Of a DNA stretch of 64,000 bases, positions 49,049 to 58,978 are shown piece by piece. Made by a program: the position numbers and the translations under genes. The stretch's first letter is position 1. Every line of letters starts with the position of its first letter. Source of the DNA: Amoebidium appalachense (taxonomy: Eukaryota; Protista; Ichthyosporea). Location of the stretch: NCBI GenBank assembly GCA_963693365.1, contig CAVNZM010000023.1:9077-73076 (forward strand). The letters run 5' to 3'. Below the pieces are notes generated by a model, which was not told where the DNA came from, searched no databases, and worked only from the letters and a program-made list of their open reading frames with translations.

Positions 49049-49376
49049 TTTACGCGGCCGGCCGCGGTGATACGAGAATCAGACTTAGAAAAAAAAAACG
49101 AGTTTTATTTACGCGGCCGGCCGCGGTGATACGAGAATCAGACTTAGAAAAAAAAAAACGAGTTTTATTTACGCGGCCGGCCGCGGTGATACGAGAATCA
49201 GACTTAGAAAAAAAAACGAGTTTTATTTACGCGTGCCGCGGTGATACGAGAATCAGACTTAGAAAAAAAAACGAGTTTTATTTACGCGGCCGGCCGCGGT
49301 GATACGAGAATCAGACTTAGAAAAAAAAAAACGAGTTTTATTTACGCGGCCGGCCGCGGTGATACGAGAATCAGAC
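49049..49376. repeat. Tandem array A: six ~60 bp units with a 14-bp palindrome CGCGGCCGGCCGCG and an A-tract
   Basis: Unit tttacgcggccggccgcggtgatacgagaatcagacttagaaaaaaaaaacgagtttta at 49049, 49108, 49168, 49226 (palindrome deleted), 49281 and 49341 (partial). Confidence 0.97.
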
Positions 49377-49508
49377 GAGATACAGAAAAAGACGAACCCA
49401 GTTCGAACAGGCAGGGGTTATACATACAAACCCCAAAGACAATCAAATAACATATAACTCCCGAGCTCACTACACTCCACTACCACTTTGCTTACAACTT
49501 GTCTTTGC

Positions 49509-50696
49509 TTACAACTTGGGACCGACATAATCGCCAAAGGCGCGGAGGGTCATCGGCATCATGTACTCGAGCTCCTCCCATTCGGGGGACAAGGGGCCAT
49601 CGGCACGAACCACGTAGATAACGTTGTTGCGGTTAGTTCTGATGCCGGTGGCTTGGTACAACCATTCGAGGTAATCGATTTCCTCGGTGCTGCTGATCTG
49701 ACAACGAAAGTGCACGTGCCCGTAGTGTCGAAACCGAGGCTCGAACGTGCCCAACGCATGAACGAACTCTGCTCCCCAATGTTTACCGTTTTGAAAAACC
49801 CCGAGGAGGAAACGACCCCTGGCAGGCATGCGGTCATCAACCTGGTGGGGTTGCCACGCCGCAATCTTCCGGTGTTCGGGCATGTCTGATGCGAGGCTAG
49901 CCAGGGCATACGGTGCACACGACGCGAAGTATGGAATCGGCCCCCCCTTGTCGCGGAAAATTTCACCATTGTAGTGTGCACGGACGCCGTTCTCGTCGGC
50001 AGGGGGTAGCGGTAAGTTGATCCCCCACACCATTAAATCTTGCAAGCCAAAGAATTCATCCTCGCACAGAACGTTCCCAATGGCAAGAAGTTTGCCGTCT
50101 TCGCCGTGTGTACTCTTGGGCTTGGGTGCGGGCTGGGCTTTCTGGGGGGCACGGGGCTTTGGGGACTGGCACGGCGAGGCTGCTTGTTCGTCGTCGCGGT
50201 TCCCGATGAGAAGACTTGCCTGTTTGACAATTTCATCCAAATAGGCACCACATGAAGTCTCCGATCCTTCTTCCAAGTTCTCGCGGGTGCAGACGCATCC
50301 GAAACGCGCAAAACTCGTGCTTTTGGTTACGTTTTCGCGGTACTCGTCGCTCCGACCGACCCCGGTCAGTCGTGTCAGAATGATGGTGGAACGTTTGAAT
50401 ATCTGCTTTTCCTCCTCACTCGCCCAAGTGGTGATTTTGTCGGCGTGGAAACGGGCGATCAACTTCTTGATACCGCTCAACGACGCGGACTGGAGACACC
50501 CAACCCACTTGGTCAGAAGGTGCGGCGAGCAGCCAGCCGCCTCCGCCGCAATGGACAAATTGGTAAAATCCGTGTTGTCGATGAACTCGGACACGGACTT
50601 GTCGGCGTCGCCCTCCACCGATGCGAGGTAGCGCAGACCGCGGTGAATGCAATCTGGGTCAAACCTCTTGTAGTCTACAACGAGTTTGTTCGCCAT
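49509..50696 (-). CDS. Unknown viral protein, paralog of 51521-52927 (HAD variant of J-like motif)
   Basis: Shares RAHYNGE, PY.LA.LA.D, PA.GRFL.G and NN.IY.VRAD.PLS.EWEELE..PMTLR.F..YVGPK with the paralog. Probable start MANKLVVDY. Confidence 0.85.
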   Translation of the reverse strand: MANKLVVDYKRFDPDCIHRGLRYLASVEGDADKSVSEFIDNTDFTNLSIAAEAAGCSPHLLTKWVGCLQSASLSGIKKLIARFHADKITTWASEEEKQIFKRSTIILTRLTGVGRSDEYRENVTKSTSFARFGCVCTRENLEEGSETSCGAYLDEIVKQASLLIGNRDDEQAASPCQSPKPRAPQKAQPAPKPKSTHGEDGKLLAIGNVLCEDEFFGLQDLMVWGINLPLPPADENGVRAHYNGEIFRDKGGPIPYFASCAPYALASLASDMPEHRKIAAWQPHQVDDRMPARGRFLLGVFQNGKHWGAEFVHALGTFEPRFRHYGHVHFRCQISSTEEIDYLEWLYQATGIRTNRNNVIYVVRADGPLSPEWEELEYMMPMTLRAFGDYVGPKL

Positions 50697-50804
50697 GTTT
50701 TTTCCACGTCTGGTTGATTGTCTGTGTGGTTGTGATCCATTTATTCCGCGTCTGTTGTTTATATATCTCAAATGGGATCTAAATGGCAAAAAATCAAGAC
50801 AAAA

Positions 50805-51484
50805 AATCGATATCGCAATATGATTGGTCCGCCATGATGTAAAGATATTTTCGCGCCAAATGATTGGTTCGCGGGCGGTTCACGTGTCACTTCGTGTCAC
50901 TTGGCTATTTCGATTGGTCCGCCCTGAATTAAAAACCGGTTTCGGCCGGGCGGACCAATAAAAAGTTCGCCCAGATGCCAGCCATTGGATGGAGTCAGAG
51001 GAATTATTTTTGATTAGTTCACATGGTTAAATTTGAAGCTCTGATTTGTCGCCATGGGTCGCGTGTTCTTCATCTATTGGTTTATTGTTGAAGCATAAAT
51101 TTCATTGCAAGTCTGAAGCGCCCAACGCGGTGCACATCGATATATATATATATTCCGCGGCTCACGGATCGAAACACCATCAAATAATCGAAATCGCAAT
51201 ATGATTGGTCCGCCATGATGTGAAGATATTTGCGCGCGAAATGATTGGTTTGCTGACGGTTAACGGGCCAATCATAAGTTCGCCAAGGTGCCAGCCATTG
51301 GAAGGAGTCGGAGGAATTATTTTTGGTTTGTTCATACGGTTTTCAACAAAGGTCTGATTGGTTGCGGTGGGTCGCGTGTTCTTCATCTATTGGCTTATTG
51401 TGTTGAAAGCTTAATTTTCATTGGATATCTGAAGCGCCCAACGCGGTGTACATCGATATATATACGCGGCACGCGGGTCGAAAC
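50805..51484. promoter_or_regulatory. Duplicated CCAAT-rich divergent promoter region (direct repeat 50805-51175 / 51186-51484)
   Basis: Two diverged copies run from atcgcaatatgattggtccgccatgatgt to tgaagcgcccaacgcggtg(c/t)acatcgatatatata, with many ATTGG/CCAAT boxes. Promoter role is inferred. Confidence 0.7.
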
Positions 51485-51520
51485 CCTCAGTGCACACAAG
51501 TAAAAGACACATCATTCAGT

Positions 51521-52927
51521 ATGGCGCACCTCGACAGCTTCCTTCCTGATTTTACCCAGTTAGACGCGGAGTGTGCCCATCGGGGTTTCGGTTTGCTTGC
51601 CTCCCAATCCCCAACGTTCGAAGATGACGTGCGTCTGTTCCTGAAAAGCATGAAGCCGTCCGCCAGAATCCAAGACATAGCCGCTGAAGCCGGCAGGTCA
51701 ACACTCCTGTTCACCACCAAGTTTGCACAACTCCAGGCCTTAGACTCGGGCGGGATCAGGAGAGTTGCAAAGACTTTTCACCCGGACAAGCAGTCACCGA
51801 ACTTGTCCGCGGAGCTAAGCAAGGCGATGACGGACACCTACATCGTCCTCGGTCGCTTGTCGTGTGGAAAGAATGCCGAGACCTACATCGCTTCGGTGGA
51901 ATTTCACGAGAGTTACCTCCACTACGGTTGCGTATTCAGCCGCGCTAACCGCGAGAACGACGAGAAAGAAACGCGTTGTGGCCAATACCTCAAAGATTGG
52001 GTGGAAGGTCTTCAACGCGCAGGAAAGATTAACAACCACGGTTTGACACAGGACGCAGAGTGCATCACGATCACGGACACGGACACGGACACGGGAACGG
52101 AGACACCGGACTCGGACTCTGATGACACGGGCATACAGGACCACTCGGACACGAACAAAAACGTTCTTGCCATAGAGCCACCCATCACACACGACGACCA
52201 ATTCAACCTCCTGTCCGTCACGGAGGCAGTCAAGAAGAAGTCCGGTGGCAAGGAGGCTCGGAAGCACGCGGGTGTGTTGGTGTGGGGGGTCGACCGGGAG
52301 CTTCCCAAGGCAAACGAATGGGGAGAACGTGCACACTACAACGGCGAGTTTGTTCGCAAAAAAGACGACCCCATTCCCAAAATCGGCAAAGTGGGCGATC
52401 CCTATGTGCTGGCAACCCTTGCTGCAGACATCGAACACAAGCATGCTACCTGGCCATCCCACCTTGCCGACTCTCGTCTTCCCGCACTAGGACGCTTCCT
52501 TGCAGGGTTTCTCGACAAGCGTCGCACAGCCCCAAAAGTGTGGCCCCCACCTGTGCATTTTGCGCACGTGCAGATCCGTCTCAACTTCGCATTCAGAGAC
52601 TACGATCAACTCGAACCCTTAGTATACAATAGCAAGGACAAGACTACGATGGGCCACACCCGTTGGCTTAATACGTACGGCATTGAGCGCAACCAAAACA
52701 ACATCATTTACATTGTCCGGGCCGACAACCCCCTTTCAGTCGAGTGGGAGGAACTGGAGGGGAAGCTCCCTATGACACTGCGAGATTTCGCAAGATATGT
52801 CGGTCCGAAGGCAAAGCGCCTGGCCGCTCCCAGCGCCGAGGGCATGCAGGCCAGCAAGAGCACAAGGCGCAAACGGGAGGCCACCCCCCCCACCAAGCCA
52901 GCCAAGAAGGCCAGGAAGACCATGTAG
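51521..52927 (+). CDS. Unknown viral protein with J-domain-like HPD motif, paralog of 49509-50696
   Basis: GIRRVAKTFHPDK...AMTDTYIVL, acidic DT/DS linker, shared C-terminal domain and basic tail PAKKARK. Confidence 0.85.
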   Translation: MAHLDSFLPDFTQLDAECAHRGFGLLASQSPTFEDDVRLFLKSMKPSARIQDIAAEAGRSTLLFTTKFAQLQALDSGGIRRVAKTFHPDKQSPNLSAELSKAMTDTYIVLGRLSCGKNAETYIASVEFHESYLHYGCVFSRANRENDEKETRCGQYLKDWVEGLQRAGKINNHGLTQDAECITITDTDTDTGTETPDSDSDDTGIQDHSDTNKNVLAIEPPITHDDQFNLLSVTEAVKKKSGGKEARKHAGVLVWGVDRELPKANEWGERAHYNGEFVRKKDDPIPKIGKVGDPYVLATLAADIEHKHATWPSHLADSRLPALGRFLAGFLDKRRTAPKVWPPPVHFAHVQIRLNFAFRDYDQLEPLVYNSKDKTTMGHTRWLNTYGIERNQNNIIYIVRADNPLSVEWEELEGKLPMTLRDFARYVGPKAKRLAAPSAEGMQASKSTRRKREATPPTKPAKKARKTM

Positions 52928-53349
52928 GCATGTCAGACCTGCAACAAGACCATGTAGGCATGTAGGCAATAACGCTGGCGTTGCGTGGATGTGTGTGTGT
53001 GGTCATGGTATTGGTGATATTGCGTAAGGCTGCTACAGCGATGGCTATTTTTGCTTTCGTGTTCAACCATCAGTATTCAATTTACACACCATGTTCTGTC
53101 TTTTGGTTTCGGTGTTGGCAATAGAGATATGTAATTGCACACCGACATGTGTCAACGGTTCGTAGTCTTTGCTTCTGTTTGTCAGCACTGCCAAGGTTTG
53201 TATCCATCAAAAATATATCTGAATATCAAATGGAATACGTGGTCACGAATGTCCACCACAGCGCTGTGCGTTGTGTGTTGTGTTGTATGTATTGTCATGT
53301 GTATATGAAAATAAAGTATTTTCAGGTCCTTGTATTTTTTCGGTTTCGT

Positions 53350-54038
53350 CTTTTGAGTCTTTAAGGCTTTCGGCAAAACGCAACTCTTGCAAAGTCTTTC
53401 GGTTCCGCACCGCGGCCAACACGACTCTTGCAATTTTTCATTTTTCAGAGTCTTTGGGCTCCGCACCGCGGCCAACGCGACTCTTGCAATTTTTCTGAGT
53501 CTTTCGGCTCCGCACCGCGGCCAACACGACTCTTGCAATTTTTCATTCTTCAGAGTCTTTGGGCTCCGCACCGCGGCCAACGCGACTCTTGCAATTTTTC
53601 TGAGTCTTTCGGCTCCGCACCGCGGCCAACACGACTCTTGCAATTTTTCATTTTTCAGAGTCTTTGGGCTCCGCACCGCGGCCATTTTTTTCTGGTCTTT
53701 CGGCTCCGCACCGCGGCCAACACGACTCTTGCAATTTTTCATTTTTCAGAGTCTTTGGGCTCCGCACCGCGGCCAACACGACTCTTGCAATTTTTCATTT
53801 TTCAGAGTCTTTGGGCTCCGCACCGCGGCCAACGCGACTCTTGCAATTTTTCTGAGTCGCCCGCGGCACACGACTCTTGCATTTTTCATTTTTCAGAGTT
53901 TTGGGCTCCGCACCGCGGCCAACGCGACTCTTGCAATTTTTCATTTTTCAGAGTCTTTGGGCTCCGCACCGCGGCCAACGCGACGCTTGCAATTTTTCTA
54001 GTCTTTCGGCTCCGCACCGCGGCCAACGCGACGCTTGC
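53350..54038. repeat. Tandem array B: ~13 units of mostly 56/49 bp (GGCTCCGCACCGCGGCCAAC(A/G)CGACTCTTGCAATTTTT...)
   Basis: Unit starts at 53401, 53457, 53506, 53562, 53611, 53667, 53702, 53758, 53814, ~53859, 53904, 53960 and 54008. Confidence 0.97.
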
Positions 54039-54639
54039 GTACACAATCTTGCGCGGGAAGAACGCGGGATGGTCTTTCTTGTTGTCTCCGCAGCGCGCGT
54101 TTCTCAAGCCTTGATTATGGTTACGATCTCTTCGCTAAGAAAAGTCTCCACATCACCGGCGAGTACGGTTCTAGGAATTGGTCGGCGTACACAAACATGC
54201 GGCGACGGCGCCGCGCTCGTGCCCTGGCTGCGTGGGTCTTCTTTCTTTTGCGAATACACATAACACAAACGGTTGATATCCTGAGTGTAGCCCGCTGCCA
54301 GGGCCTATTTCGTTGATTTTTCGAACGCGCTGCATGCCGATCGCAACCCCAGATTAGCTAATCAAATGCCGTCGATTGACATTTTCACAAATCGAATGTC
54401 TTGCCAATCAATTGGATCTGGTATAGGTCAATCAAATGCCGTCAATTGACATTTCAACCAATCGAATATCTCACCAACCAATAGGAGCGTCCGTTCCAGA
54501 CTGCGCCGAATGCAAAGCCAATCACGTCAGTTTCTTTAATAATCATCCAATCCAAGCGACCCAAGAATGCTTAAAATCGATGCGCACTTGCAACCATCCC
54601 ACCACTTTTCTTCTGGTCTTTCGCCGCGCCAGCAGCAAC

Positions 54640-55524
54640 ATGGCGGCACATACTGTCAGGTATTATGCGGACTGGCTTGGCCTGTCTCCTACAACAAACC
54701 ACATCCGCCTCGTCATTAGCGATGCATACATAGGGAAAATTTCCTCGGATATAACGGCTTCTTGTGCCCTTGTGGACCTCTCGAGGAATGCAAACAGGCT
54801 TGTCACAGGCGCTCTCCGCCGTCTTGAAATACTCGTCGACTACCCTACGCCATATGGAGGCGAGGATCAGGGCAGAAATGCCGCGGCAGCGTCCAGATTC
54901 TATGGTGAATGGTTCCATTGGCTCGAGGGTACAGAGGTTGAGCCCGAAAGCTTTTTGGTGCTCGACAGATTCAAACACGCGGACCCCAAACCGTCACTCC
55001 TTCGACAACACGTGCTTTCGGCACCCACGCCCAATCAGCACCCCATGGAAAACCCGTCGCCCGCTTTCCTGGCCCACCTCGACCACCTCACCATTGACTT
55101 CGTTCGCCCAAAGGAGGCCGTGAAAAACTTCAACTCATGGTGCGAGCTGCGGCTCAATGAACTCACAGCCAACACCTGGAAATGCCAATCGACCGAGAAG
55201 ATCGATACCTTCACCTACACACTTTCTCGCTCCAACTACGACATGTACCGTTCCGTTTTTACTGCAACGGTCCCCATGGACACCTCGAGTCCTGCAACGC
55301 CACCCCCAGCCCCCGCCGAGTCAACCACCTCCGAGCCCGCGCCCACACCCACAGCACTCACCCCCCCGCAACCACCCGCAGCCATGTCGGCGCCGCCCCA
55401 TCACTCAACCCCTCGCACGCCACATCGCCCGGTCGTGCCTGCGTGGACAAAGGGTCGCGGAAGCACCCGGGCCGCGCGCCGCGCGTCCCTACCCGTGTCC
55501 TCCCGCACGCGTTCCCGCAAGTAG
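54640..55524 (+). CDS. Hypothetical viral protein with Pro-rich/basic C-terminus
   Basis: Long ORF with probable start aacATGGCG at 54640, preceded by a CCAAT-rich region containing a ~70 bp duplication. Confidence 0.65.
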   Translation: MAAHTVRYYADWLGLSPTTNHIRLVISDAYIGKISSDITASCALVDLSRNANRLVTGALRRLEILVDYPTPYGGEDQGRNAAAASRFYGEWFHWLEGTEVEPESFLVLDRFKHADPKPSLLRQHVLSAPTPNQHPMENPSPAFLAHLDHLTIDFVRPKEAVKNFNSWCELRLNELTANTWKCQSTEKIDTFTYTLSRSNYDMYRSVFTATVPMDTSSPATPPPAPAESTTSEPAPTPTALTPPQPPAAMSAPPHHSTPRTPHRPVVPAWTKGRGSTRAARRASLPVSSRTRSRK

Positions 55525-55620
55525 ACGTGCCCTGCGGGTTCGGTGTGTATGTGTAGTCTGTATGTCGTTTGTATGTCTTGGCATTGGGGTTTGTCTGTAG
55601 TTGTTTATTATGGCTTTGTA

Positions 55621-56139
55621 CTAGTGACAATCGGCCGCGCACTGGTCGGTGCGCCAGGGGCCGTCGATCACTTGCATGTGCACGAGTATGTGCCGCTTTG
55701 AGCCCGGCACGGGCTTGATTTCACACGAGTCAATAAAGTCTCCGGGTCTGAGGCCCGCGGTCCACATGTCCCCACAGCAGCGCACAAACACGACTTCTCC
55801 CGTGTTCATACCTTGTCGGATGTAAACATCCACGCAGCGCGCTGCGCAGTCGTGTTCGTGCAAGTCTTCGTGTGTGTGTTTCACAACCTTCACCATAGAC
55901 CTTCGACCGGGATTTCCGTGGTCACTCCAGGTCTGTGCCCCCGACAACGCCTTGCACGCGCGCGGGGGTGTCGCCGTGGGCTCGGTGTGGTGCGTTCTGG
56001 GACGCTTGCCCAACCATCCTTGCAGCATCCACAACAGCCGCCGCATCGGGTCGGCGGCGTGTCTTCGGTGTCGGAATGTCGTGGGCATCTGGTTGTAATG
56101 GTACCTGGTCCACTTGGGTCCCTTGCCTACTGCTACCAA
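55621..56139 (-). CDS. Possible hypothetical protein
   Basis: ORF fills the gap and has a downstream AATAAA on the minus strand; start uncertain. Confidence 0.35.
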   Translation of the reverse strand: MVAVGKGPKWTRYHYNQMPTTFRHRRHAADPMRRLLWMLQGWLGKRPRTHHTEPTATPPRACKALSGAQTWSDHGNPGRRSMVKVVKHTHEDLHEHDCAARCVDVYIRQGMNTGEVVFVRCCGDMWTAGLRPGDFIDSCEIKPVPGSKRHILVHMQVIDGPWRTDQCAADCH

Positions 56140-56204
56140 TTACTTGGGCCGCGATTGTATAAAAGCGCCATCGCGGCCTCTCAGTCTGCTGTCAGCTCGC
56201 ACAG

Positions 56205-56732
56205 ATGCCAAAAATACACTTGGAAACGGAAGCCCTCGCAGCCTTCACCTCCAGCCTTACTCGGTTTGTCTCCGGTGCACGCTTCAATGGCCAGGGTTAT
56301 GCCGCCGTCGACCTCGTGCCGCTCAAACTCAGGGCCGTCCTGGAAAAGGCCGGCACGGTGTATGCGGAGACGACTGCCCCGCTTGCGTTCCTCGAAGCGT
56401 CCAACCGCGACGGTCTGAACCATTTCCGCTTTTTATACACCGACACCACCGGTCTGTCCGACACGATCTTTGTCGACCTACAGCCCGGTATCGCGTTCCG
56501 TATGTGCTGGGTCCGCTGCGACATCGATCTGGCCTTGCTCCCACACGGGGACCCACTCGACGAACCCCTGCAGCGCGCGGTGCCCCTCAAGGCGACAAGC
56601 GCGAGCACCACCATGGTGAGCATCGACTTGATTAGGTGTGGCGCTAAAGTGCGCCACGCCGGCGGTTGCGACATTCTGATGCTTGAACTGGTTCCAGGCA
56701 ACAGGATAGAAAGGCGCAGCAATAGAGTGTAA
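56205..56732 (+). CDS. Hypothetical viral protein, 175 aa
   Basis: ATG ORF with TATAAAAG 47 nt upstream. Confidence 0.65.
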   Translation: MPKIHLETEALAAFTSSLTRFVSGARFNGQGYAAVDLVPLKLRAVLEKAGTVYAETTAPLAFLEASNRDGLNHFRFLYTDTTGLSDTIFVDLQPGIAFRMCWVRCDIDLALLPHGDPLDEPLQRAVPLKATSASTTMVSIDLIRCGAKVRHAGGCDILMLELVPGNRIERRSNRV

Positions 56733-56921
56733 CATAGAGAATGACACAGAACAAGCGCACGCCATCTGCTCCGGCACGGATGCAGCTCGCATACAGCAGC
56801 AGCGCCAGCATGGTGTCGTCCATTGCACGTATTTTTACCCCAAAATATAACTGCCCATGCCATTGCGTGCCTATAAAAGCCGCGTGCCCCGAACCAATCT
56901 TCATTCGCCCCCTTCTTAAAC

Positions 56922-58352
56922 ATGACCGACTACGCGATCTTCGAGGACCCCACCCGCGGCCCCCTCCACGACGTGCCCTTCGTGCCGCGCGAGTGCGCGC
57001 AGTACGATTGGTCCGAGAGTATGGCCGTCGACTACCTGCGCAGCGTGGTGGCTTGGATCAAGGGATCCTCGGCATACATCCTCAAGCAGTGGTCCGACGA
57101 ACGCCAACAGTTCGAGCACCGCATCGTGTCCAAGCGCGACGCGGTCGACACCCTCGGCAAGTTTCAGTTCACCATCCACTCGGACCGCGGCGCCCGTGTG
57201 GCAAAGTACACCGGTCGCGAGTACCTCAATGGCCCCGACATCCTGGTGTACGAGCGCGTCGTCTACGACCCCGCGGACCCCGATCCCCTGACCGGACGTC
57301 GCAGGTACACCACCGGCCCCTACCACGTCTTCAACCTGTTCCCTGGCTTCCGCCACCGCCCAAGCGACATGCCGTCGGAAGAGCGCGAGTCTCTGGCCGC
57401 GCCCTTCCTCGCGCACGCGCGCGACCTGTTGTGTGGTGGCAACGAGGTGCTGTTCGCGTACATGCTGACCTGGCTCGGGCATCTGTTTCAGTTCCCCGCC
57501 GCGAAGCCCGGCAGCGCGCTGCTGTTCGTGTCGCGCCAGGGAGCGGGCAAGAACGTGTTCTTCCAGGTCCTCACCGACGTCATCGGTGCAGAGCACACCG
57601 TCTACGTGAACCGCAAGGACAGGATCCAGAACCACTTCAACGCGCATCTCCAGAACAAGCTGCTCGTCATTGTCGACGAGGTGCTGTTCGGGAACTCGCG
57701 CGAGATCAACAACATCATGAAGTCGCACATCACCGAGTCTACTAACCTGGTCGAGAAGAAGGGTCATGACGCCCATACCGTTCGCTCGTGCGAGCGCTAC
57801 GTGCTGCTGACGAACGAATCGTTGCCCGTGTTGGTCGAGGCCAGTGACAGGCGCTACGCCTGCATGGAGGTGTCCGGTGAGAGGATCGGCGACACTGCCT
57901 ACTTCGGCTCGTTCGTCGCCCACCACGCCCAACCGAAGGCCCTGCAGGCCATTCACGACACACTCGTGCGTCTGCCCAACGTCCCCCCCGTGCTGCCCCC
58001 GCCCCCGATGACCGAGCTGAAGCAGGAACTGCGACAGGCAAACATGGGCGACGTCATGCTGTTCCTGCGCGACATCGCGTATGGAACAGACGGCTGCGAG
58101 GACCTGGCCATCGCCGACGGCGCCCACGTCACCACCACGGGCATGGCCGAGCTCATGCGCACCTGGGCCGCGCGAAATGGCCGCGACCCCGCGACAGTAA
58201 GTGTCAGGAAGCTGGGGTCCACCATGGGCAAGCTGTTCGGCGGGCGCACGAAGCGGCCGAGGCAGGATGTGGCCGTAGGCGGGGAGGGGGCGGGAGACAC
58301 GGAGTGGGTGCATGCGTACACGTTCGTACACGAGAAGGTCGTGGGGGTGTAA
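56922..58352 (+). CDS. D5-like SF3 helicase (DUF5906 type), paralog of 36559-38055, 476 aa
   Basis: WLGHLFQFP, SRQGAGKNVF, LVIVDEV, VLLTNE and DRRYACMEVS motifs; TATAAAAG 50 nt upstream. Confidence 0.9.
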   Translation: MTDYAIFEDPTRGPLHDVPFVPRECAQYDWSESMAVDYLRSVVAWIKGSSAYILKQWSDERQQFEHRIVSKRDAVDTLGKFQFTIHSDRGARVAKYTGREYLNGPDILVYERVVYDPADPDPLTGRRRYTTGPYHVFNLFPGFRHRPSDMPSEERESLAAPFLAHARDLLCGGNEVLFAYMLTWLGHLFQFPAAKPGSALLFVSRQGAGKNVFFQVLTDVIGAEHTVYVNRKDRIQNHFNAHLQNKLLVIVDEVLFGNSREINNIMKSHITESTNLVEKKGHDAHTVRSCERYVLLTNESLPVLVEASDRRYACMEVSGERIGDTAYFGSFVAHHAQPKALQAIHDTLVRLPNVPPVLPPPPMTELKQELRQANMGDVMLFLRDIAYGTDGCEDLAIADGAHVTTTGMAELMRTWAARNGRDPATVSVRKLGSTMGKLFGGRTKRPRQDVAVGGEGAGDTEWVHAYTFVHEKVVGV

Positions 58353-58494
58353 GAAGCTGCCCCTGTGATCGAAGGGCCGGGTGGAATCCATCCTCAAATT
58401 CCTTGAGGCTGGCCTCCATTGATCTTGAGGCCGGCTTCCAGGCCATGGGTATAAAGGCTGGGCCTACCGCAAAATAAAACCTGTACCTAGATTG

Positions 58495-58920
58495 ATGGCC
58501 ACTCTCGCAATGCAGCCACCAGCGTACAACACGATTGCATCCCCCGCTCCGCAGTCCTCCCGGGCCCGCGTGGTGATGCGCAACGGGCAGGTGCTGGAGG
58601 AGGGGGAGGTGACGCCGATAAACGACGACGAGGGTAAAGTCCTCACCTATGGGGAAGTGCGTAACGGAGGAGAGCTTTGGGTGAATGTCACCTACATTGC
58701 TAAATCCAGCGGGAAGACGTGGAGCGATTGGTTTCGGCTAGATGGCACACACGCACTCTTAAATGAAATCGAGAAGAAAAGGAGTCCTGCAGCGAGTCCT
58801 GGGATTGTCCAGGACTCCTCTGATTGGTCGGTTGTCGATTCGGCTCGCATAAACTACAAGGGGAAAGACTGCGAGCGACTCCGCGGTACCTGGGTCTCAT
58901 TGGATTACACCGCCCAATAA
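58495..58920 (+). CDS. Short/truncated KilA-N domain protein
   Basis: WVNVTYIAKSSGKTWSDWFRL...RGTWV pattern; stops right after RGTWV. Confidence 0.7.
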   Translation: MATLAMQPPAYNTIASPAPQSSRARVVMRNGQVLEEGEVTPINDDEGKVLTYGEVRNGGELWVNVTYIAKSSGKTWSDWFRLDGTHALLNEIEKKRSPAASPGIVQDSSDWSVVDSARINYKGKDCERLRGTWVSLDYTAQ

Positions 58921-58978
58921 AGCCGTTTACTGTGGTTGTGTAGCGTTTACTGTTCGCGCACTCCGTGCGTGTCCGTGT

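Noticed and set aside
53182-54263. ORFs across array B, or a CRISPR interpretation of arrays A and B
   Set aside because: The 56+49=105 bp dimer keeps frames open by chance; inter-repeat segments alternate between two fixed variants instead of being unique spacers.
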